A stretch of DNA of 64,000 nt from Candidatus Marinacidobacterales bacterium. Lineage in GTDB: Bacteria; Acidobacteriota; Vicinamibacteria; Marinacidobacterales; DATDRI01. A model generated the notes under the pieces. It was not told the origin of the DNA, ran no database searches, and was given only the letters and a program-made list of their open reading frames with translations. The DNA lies in the NCBI GenBank assembly GCA_965226495.1, contig OZ245365.1:5312001-5376000 (forward strand), in the 5' to 3' direction. The translations under genes and the position numbers were made by a program. Below are positions 58,190-64,000 of this stretch, piece after piece (within the stretch, counting starts at the first letter, position 1; every line of letters starts with the position of its first letter).

Positions 58190-58524
58190 CGTGCGCCCCC
58201 GTCTCTCAGTAGATCACCTAGCCTCTCGAGAGTCCCTTCCCAGAATTCCCGATGCCGGGATATCCAATGCTGGGCTTCGTCGAGACGCTTCGGCATCAAA
58301 CGAAAACGATGCGTTCGACCTTCGACTTTCCTGGACAAGAGACCGGCACGCTCGAGCACCCGGAGGTGTTTCGATGCCGTGGGCTGGGTAATGTCGAACG
58401 GCTCCCCCAGCTCGCCTGCGGTGCACGCGCCTCGCCGGGCCAGCATTGCCAACATGGCTCGCCGGGTTCCATCTCCCAGTGCGTGGAACGTGCGGTCGAG
58501 CACATGATCGTAATGTATAGCCAT
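58186..58524 (-). CDS. ArsR/SmtB family regulator
   Basis: FHALGDGTRR and SKHLRVLERAGL motifs. Confidence 0.92.
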   Translation of the reverse strand: MAIHYDHVLDRTFHALGDGTRRAMLAMLARRGACTAGELGEPFDITQPTASKHLRVLERAGLLSRKVEGRTHRFRLMPKRLDEAQHWISRHREFWEGTLERLGDLLRDGGAR

Positions 58525-58559
58525 ATGACTATACTATGATTAGGGAGCAATCCTGTCAA
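58515..58559 (-). promoter_or_regulatory. Leaderless arsR promoter with overlapping operator palindrome
   Basis: TTGACA-17 nt-TAGTAT with ATG 7 nt downstream; palindrome gtatagccatatgactatac at 58515-58534. Confidence 0.72.
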
Positions 58560-58786
58560 GAGACAAGCAGACCCCGTACTTTCTACGCGTCGAAACCCGT
58601 ACTCTTACGGATTTTCAGCAGCGATCATTCTGTTAGAAAGACAGGCTGGCGGAGCGTGAAATCAGTCCTTGCAAAGACTGACGTTTCGCAAGCTTCGCCC
58701 AGATCACGATGAACCCAAAGTCCGTTTCATGCGCAAGTGGGAGCAAACATGTGCTGGTTGATCGCCCAGGGTAAGATAGCGTCCCC

Positions 58787-59866
58787 ATGCAGATTCAGGA
58801 GTGGCTGAACGGCAACCTCTCGGGGCTCCTCCCGGTCGCGGTCGAGATCACGGTCGTCCTGGTGGCCCTGTTCGTCATCCGGCACTTGCTGGAAAAGCGC
58901 TACTCTCATGTCCCGGATCGTCATTTTCGATTCCAGCTCATCATGGTGGCATTCAGTCTGCTGGGCCTCCTAGTCATCATCATGTCACTGCCCATCGGGG
59001 ACGTCGCACGGGGCCAACTCCTGAGTCTTTTGGGAATTGTCCTCAGTGCCACGATCGCGCTCTCCTCGACGACCTTCGTCGGAAACGCCATGGCGGGCAT
59101 GATGTTGCGGGCCGTCCGGAGCTTTCGCGCCGGGGACTTCATTCGCGTGGGAGATCATTTCGGACGGGTCTCCGAGCGAGAGCTCTTCCACGTCGAGATC
59201 CAGACCGAGGACCGGGACCTCACAACCCTGCCCAACCTTTATCTCGTCACGAACCCGGTGACCGTCGTGCGCTCCTCGGGTACCATCGTCTCGACGACCC
59301 TGTCACTGGGATATGACGTCCCACACCCGAAGATCGAGGGGTGTCTGTTGAAGGCGGCAGAACGAGCCGAGCTTCAAGAACCCTTCGTGCACGTGAACGA
59401 TCTGGGTGATTTTTCGGTCACCTACCGCATTGCGGGCCTCCTTCCAAAAGTGAAGGAGCTTCTGTCTGCGCGTTCTCGACTCCGAACGATGGTTCTAGAA
59501 GAGCTCCACGCGGCGGGGATCGAGATCGTTTCCCCCACCTTCATGAATACGCGGGCAATCCGGGAAGGACATTCGTTCATTCCACCCCCTGAGGCTCGTC
59601 CGGTGAAGCAGGCATCCCGGAAGCCGGCACCCGAGTCCATTGCGTTTGACAAAGCGGATAAAGCCGAAAGTCTCGCCAACTTGCAGTCTCGCGTCGAGAG
59701 CCTCGAGAAAAAACTCAAAGAGCTCGAGGAGGAGGCGTCTCAAGCAGAGAAAGGCCCTGAACGGGATAGGGTCAAGGCCGAGATCGACCGCCTCGGGGAA
59801 CGAAAGGCGTGGCTAAAAGAAATGCTCGAGGCCAAGATGAAATCCTCGAAAGAGGAGACAGAATAG
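58787..59866 (+). CDS. MscS family mechanosensitive channel with coiled-coil tail
   Basis: 3 TM; FRAGDFIRVGDHFGRV, LPN and LGYD motifs. Confidence 0.88.
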   Translation: MQIQEWLNGNLSGLLPVAVEITVVLVALFVIRHLLEKRYSHVPDRHFRFQLIMVAFSLLGLLVIIMSLPIGDVARGQLLSLLGIVLSATIALSSTTFVGNAMAGMMLRAVRSFRAGDFIRVGDHFGRVSERELFHVEIQTEDRDLTTLPNLYLVTNPVTVVRSSGTIVSTTLSLGYDVPHPKIEGCLLKAAERAELQEPFVHVNDLGDFSVTYRIAGLLPKVKELLSARSRLRTMVLEELHAAGIEIVSPTFMNTRAIREGHSFIPPPEARPVKQASRKPAPESIAFDKADKAESLANLQSRVESLEKKLKELEEEASQAEKGPERDRVKAEIDRLGERKAWLKEMLEAKMKSSKEETE

Positions 59867-59917
59867 TAAAACCATTCCATTCCATTACGATCCCAAACTA
59901 TTAAAGGAGACCAACGA

Positions 59918-60736
59918 ATGAAGAAGTTGATGAAGTTTTTCATTGTACTTGTAACGATCCTCGCTGCGGTGACGGCTACGCTCTCCGTGGCTCAAGCTAC
60001 CGAAGCTCCGGTTCTGGAAAGAATCGTCAAGAGCGGAACCATGCGAGTAGGTCTATCCGGCGACCAACCGCCCTATAATGCAACCAGCCGGGGCGGCGAG
60101 CTCATCGGCTTAGAAGTCGATCTCGCCAACCTCTTGGCCGGTGCGTTCGGCGTGAAGGTCGAGTTCGTGAAGAAGCCGTTTCCAGAGCTCATGGCCGCAC
60201 TCAAGGCTTCTGAGGTCGACATCGTGATGTCGGGCATGGCGATCACTCCGGAACGGAGCATCGATGCGGCGTTCGTCGGTCCCTACTTGCTCTCGGGAAA
60301 ATCAATCCTGACCAACTCGAACACCCTCGCCGCGATCAAAGAGGCCGGTCAGATCAACCGCGCCAACCTGAAGCTGGCGGCCCTCGAAAATTCGACCAGC
60401 CAGCGTTTCGTAGAGATGAATCTCCCCGAGGCCACCTTCGTCCCCATCAAGGACTACGAAAGTGGAGTCAACATGGTGATCAGTGACGAAGTCGATGCCC
60501 TCGTTGCGGACATGCCGATCTGCCTCCTTTCGGTCATGCGTTATCCCGGCAAAGGTCTCGCCACACTCAATGAACCCCTGAACGTTGAGCCGATTGGCAT
60601 CGCACTGCCCGCGAACGACCCGCAACTGAAAGGCCTTCTCGAGAACTATATTACTGCCTTCGAAGGTACTGGAATTCTCCAGGGACTCAGGAAGAAGTGG
60701 CTCGAGGATAGCTCTTGGATAGCGGCCCTGCCGTAA
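59918..60736 (+). CDS. Amino-acid ABC substrate-binding protein (family 3)
   Basis: Signal peptide; PPY, GLEVDL and SGMAITPER motifs. Confidence 0.9.
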   Translation: MKKLMKFFIVLVTILAAVTATLSVAQATEAPVLERIVKSGTMRVGLSGDQPPYNATSRGGELIGLEVDLANLLAGAFGVKVEFVKKPFPELMAALKASEVDIVMSGMAITPERSIDAAFVGPYLLSGKSILTNSNTLAAIKEAGQINRANLKLAALENSTSQRFVEMNLPEATFVPIKDYESGVNMVISDEVDALVADMPICLLSVMRYPGKGLATLNEPLNVEPIGIALPANDPQLKGLLENYITAFEGTGILQGLRKKWLEDSSWIAALP

Positions 60737-60796
60737 ATGAATTTCCTAACGAGGGTGCACGACCAGCTCGTTGAATGAACCAGTAGGAGGTAGACC

Positions 60797-62764
60797 TTGG
60801 AGATGGCCGGCGCCGACGAAGAAACCAACCGACAAAGCTTTGGTGTCCACAGCCTAACTTGGCGGCTCGTCGCTTGGATTCTCGGGAGCGTCGGTCTCGT
60901 CTTCCTTGGGACCCTGCTATACTCCGATGCACTCTCACGTGACTTGATCGTCGCTGCCGCGGGAAGCGAAGCGGCCAACGTCACACGCGCGTACGTCAAG
61001 GACATCCAAAACGGGCTCCAATCGATCGAGGGCCGAACGGAGCTTCTCGCCGAAGTGGTCGGCACGGTGTCTCCACCGCAAGAGGAACTGGGCGAGATTC
61101 TTCGAACGTTTGTTTCCGGCAGCGAGGCCATTTACGGGTCCACCGTTGCCTTTACGCCTGGTGGTTTCCGGCAGGACGTGCAGCATTTCGCACCGTACTA
61201 TTACCAGGACGGCGAAGAAATAGCCTACAAGGATCTCGCCGATGACTCCTACCGTTATTGGGAGTGGGATTGGTACACCTCGGTCGCTTCGTCGAAGCAA
61301 CCCCGGTGGTCCGAACCCTACGTCGATGAGGGCGGGGGTAACGCGCGAATGGTGACCTACTCCGTGCCGTTCTTTCTGGGCGGTGATGAGACCCAAGAGC
61401 TCAGAGGCGTATTGACCGCCGATGTTTCCCTCGAATGGCTCCACCAGCGTATGAAAACTCTTCGCGTCGGCGAGACAGGCTATGGCGCCATCCTTTCCCA
61501 GCGTGGCTACGTGATATCCCACCCCGATGAAACGCTGCTGCGCCACCAAACCGTCGCCGAGTTGGAAGAGCGGGATCCGGCGCCCGAGGTCGTTGCGATC
61601 GTGGAGCGGATGATGAGAGGTGAGTCCGGCTTCGAGCCCATTCATGACCGCCATCTCGGCAAGCCGGCGCGTATGACCTACGCACCTATTGGACACGCCG
61701 GTTGGTCGCTGGCGGTGGTCTACCCGGAAGACGAGCTCATGGCGGACGTCAACTTCGTCAATCGGAGACAATCGGTTCTATTGATAGTAGGCCTGCTGGC
61801 TCTCGTCGCGGTCGTGATCGCGCTTTCTAGGCGTATGACCAAACCGATCAGAGCGCTCGCCGGAAGCGCTGGTCGTATCGCCACCGGCGATTTGGACCTC
61901 GAGCTGCCGACCTCGCAATCGGAGGATGAGATCGGGGCCTTGACGCGTGCCTTCGGCAACATGCGCGATTCGCTCAAGACCTACATCCGCAACCTGAAAG
62001 AGACCACCGCGGCCAAGGAACGTCTCGAAAGCGAGCTCAAGCTCGCACGGAAGATCCAGATGGATATGCTCCCCAAGGGCAAGCTCGGCGGCGATCAGGA
62101 GGGTTTCGAGCTCGCGGCGACGCTGATTTCGGCACGGGACGTCGGCGGTGACCTCTACTACCACTTTCAGGATGACGGCCGTGTCGCTTTTCTGGTGGGG
62201 GACGTTTCTGGAAAAGGCGTGCCCGCGGCTCTGTTCATGGCACGCACGAAAACGCTCTTCGAAACAATCGCGCGGAGTGCCGGTGAGGTCGGTGAGGCCC
62301 TCGCGATCGTCAACCAGAGCCTCTGCCGCGAGAACGAGGCGGGAATGTTCGTGACGGTGTTCGCCGGTGTTTTTGATCCCTCTACGGGAAAGCTACGGTG
62401 CGCAGCAGGAGGGCATGACCCCCCGGCGCTATTACCGGGGGATGGCACGGCGCCGCGTTTTCTCGATCTCGAGGGCGGTCCATTGCTGGGACTTTTGGAG
62501 GTGGCGGAGTTTCCGACTCACGAAGTCGAGCTTTCTTCGCAGGATTCCATCGTGATCTCCACCGATGGTGTCTCGGAAGCAAGAAACGCGGGGGGGGATT
62601 TCTTTGGCGAAGAGAGACTCCTCGCTACTCTCACTAACATGGGCGGCGCCAGCGCGTCCGAGATCTCCGAGAAACTGCTCATAGCGGTCCGCGACTATGC
62701 CGGCAACGCACCCCAGTCGGACGACATCACGATCATGACGCTGCGCTACGCCCCCGTCGGTTGA
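60797..62764 (+). CDS. Cache-HAMP-PP2C (SpoIIE/RsbU-like) sensor phosphatase
   Basis: WSEPYVD Cache, DEIGAL HAMP, VGGDLY, GDVSGKG, TDG and DDIT motifs. Confidence 0.93.
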   Translation: MEMAGADEETNRQSFGVHSLTWRLVAWILGSVGLVFLGTLLYSDALSRDLIVAAAGSEAANVTRAYVKDIQNGLQSIEGRTELLAEVVGTVSPPQEELGEILRTFVSGSEAIYGSTVAFTPGGFRQDVQHFAPYYYQDGEEIAYKDLADDSYRYWEWDWYTSVASSKQPRWSEPYVDEGGGNARMVTYSVPFFLGGDETQELRGVLTADVSLEWLHQRMKTLRVGETGYGAILSQRGYVISHPDETLLRHQTVAELEERDPAPEVVAIVERMMRGESGFEPIHDRHLGKPARMTYAPIGHAGWSLAVVYPEDELMADVNFVNRRQSVLLIVGLLALVAVVIALSRRMTKPIRALAGSAGRIATGDLDLELPTSQSEDEIGALTRAFGNMRDSLKTYIRNLKETTAAKERLESELKLARKIQMDMLPKGKLGGDQEGFELAATLISARDVGGDLYYHFQDDGRVAFLVGDVSGKGVPAALFMARTKTLFETIARSAGEVGEALAIVNQSLCRENEAGMFVTVFAGVFDPSTGKLRCAAGGHDPPALLPGDGTAPRFLDLEGGPLLGLLEVAEFPTHEVELSSQDSIVISTDGVSEARNAGGDFFGEERLLATLTNMGGASASEISEKLLIAVRDYAGNAPQSDDITIMTLRYAPVG

Positions 62765-62768
62765 AGCT

Positions 62769-63176
62769 GTGAAGCACCTCTTCGAGCTGACCCAACCCAG
62801 CGAACTGGCGTCGGTTCTGGACGCGCTTACGTCCGCGGTCTCGGAAGGGACGGAAAGCAAGGACCTCGCCGGTGAGATGCGACTCATCGCGGAAGAGGCC
62901 CTAACCAATGTCCTGAAATACGCCTATAGGGAGAGCGAGCCGCGGGGTGCAAGGGTCGTTTTGTCGGTGGATACTAAAGAAGTTGGTCTCGAGATCCGGG
63001 ACCAAGGGCGGCCCTTCGACCCCCTCGCGCAGCCACCGCCCGAGTTGGACGCACCCATCGAGGAGCGCGAGGAGGGTGGCCTCGGGATTCACTTGATCAA
63101 ATCGCTGGCGGACAGCGCGGCCTACGCCCGAGAGGGTGAAACGAACGTCCTACGAATCACGAAACGTCGGTTATAA
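62769..63176 (+). CDS. Anti-sigma factor / RsbW-like kinase
   Basis: EEALTNVLKYAY, DQGRPFDP and GGLGIHL motifs. Confidence 0.9.
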   Translation: MKHLFELTQPSELASVLDALTSAVSEGTESKDLAGEMRLIAEEALTNVLKYAYRESEPRGARVVLSVDTKEVGLEIRDQGRPFDPLAQPPPELDAPIEEREEGGLGIHLIKSLADSAAYAREGETNVLRITKRRL

Positions 63177-63205
63177 TAATCGCGGAGAGAGGAGTCGAGA
63201 CGCCA

Positions 63206-63580
63206 ATGTCGCTGAACATACGCACCGAGGACACAAGGTCCTTTACAAAAACGATCTATCTAAAGGGAAGTCTGGACACCGAAACCGTTTCGACTTTCGA
63301 CCAAGAGCTCGATGCAGTGCTGGGGTCGCCCCTCAAGGTGCTGGTACTCGACCTGAGCGAGCTCGACTACCTCAGCAGCACTGGCATTCGCTCCCTGTTC
63401 CGAGCCCAGAAGTCGATGAAGGCCCGAGCGGGAGAGGCCCTTATCGTAAACCCCCAGCCCTCGGTTCAGAAGGTGTTCGACATCGTGAAGGCCGTCGACC
63501 TAAAGGCCGTCTTCTCGAGTGTCCAAGAGCTGGATAAGTACCTCGACGCGATCCAGCACAAAATGAAGGAAGAAGAATAG
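63206..63580 (+). CDS. STAS anti-anti-sigma factor (RsbV-like)
   Basis: LKGSLD and LDLSELDYLSSTGIR motifs. Confidence 0.92.
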   Translation: MSLNIRTEDTRSFTKTIYLKGSLDTETVSTFDQELDAVLGSPLKVLVLDLSELDYLSSTGIRSLFRAQKSMKARAGEALIVNPQPSVQKVFDIVKAVDLKAVFSSVQELDKYLDAIQHKMKEEE

Positions 63581-63599
63581 GCTGTTCGTCGATCAAGAC

Positions 63600-64000
63600 T
63601 TACTGATTGACGTAACCTAGAGACTTCAGGGTTTCCTCCAGCTCGTCGTCTACTTCCACCTGAATAGCCTCGGGATTTTCTCTTACTTCACGTTCCTTGA
63701 ACTTCTGGAGCGCCGCCACCAACCTCGCCCCCGGAACGTCTCGATGGCGATGATACACGTTCCGCTTCTCGCCAGGATCGGACCGATGATCAAAGAGCTC
63801 CCGCTTCCCGTCCGGCTGCTCGATCAGCTTCCAATAGCGGTGCATCGCAGCCCAGAGCTCGGGTTGCGGCTCGCCGCCACCGACTCGATGTGCGAACAGT
63901 ATGCGACGCCGGAGCGCTTCGGCCAGCTCTTCGGAGCCGTCGTCGTTTTTCAACAAGGGGACTAGTGAAATTCCCTCTTCGTCACCCACCAGCTTGCCAC
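63600..64000 (-). CDS. Sulfatase-family protein, C-terminal part (runs off window)
   Basis: WKLI, ELFD..DPGEKRN and terminal LKSLGYV motifs. Confidence 0.75.
   Translation of the reverse strand, partial: GKLVGDEEGISLVPLLKNDDGSEELAEALRRRILFAHRVGGGEPQPELWAAMHRYWKLIEQPDGKRELFDHRSDPGEKRNVYHRHRDVPGARLVAALQKFKEREVRENPEAIQVEVDDELEETLKSLGYVNQ

Noticed and set aside
1-64000. CRISPR arrays, rRNA, intact transposases or prophage structural genes
   Set aside because: No regularly spaced repeat-spacer array or recognisable motifs were seen.

Overview
GC-rich bacterial chromosome segment, probably Acidobacteriota (inferred from gene content and a GGGGCCCCACCCC intergenic repeat; not verified). About 0.5-16.7 kb is a respiratory cluster. 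A minus-strand run encodes a HEAT-repeat protein, Rieske protein, split b6-type cytochrome b, an 8-CxxCH cytochrome c and an A1-type aa3 oxidase (coxII, coxI, ctaB, two coxIII-like genes, subunit IV). It converges on two cupredoxin-like lipoproteins, ctaA and DUF420. About 16.8-28.9 kb is housekeeping: heterodimeric ABC exporter, glutaredoxin, ADH, aminotransferase, Slt, and a frameshifted GAF protein. tmRNA (29135-29482) is followed by a decayed ~4.85 kb integrative element. It is bounded by a 14-bp direct repeat of the tmRNA 3' end and 17-bp perfect inverted arms with large-serine-integrase geometry. Most notably, its attP lies inside the integrase-like reading frame. Excision would fuse the integrase C-terminus in frame to a start-less 69-aa HTH segment, while integration swaps that segment for antisense-tmRNA codons. 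Cargo includes a hyaluronan-synthase-like GT2 and a Pal-like lipoprotein. Further on are higBA, a second att arm, an osmolyte-type operon (methyltransferase, Opu ABC, asnB-like, EctR-like MarR), a tandem PARP-type zinc-finger protein, many gene relics, typA, an ArsR-SRPBCC unit, MscS and an RsbU/W/V-like module. All calls come from motif recognition by eye; no searches were run.
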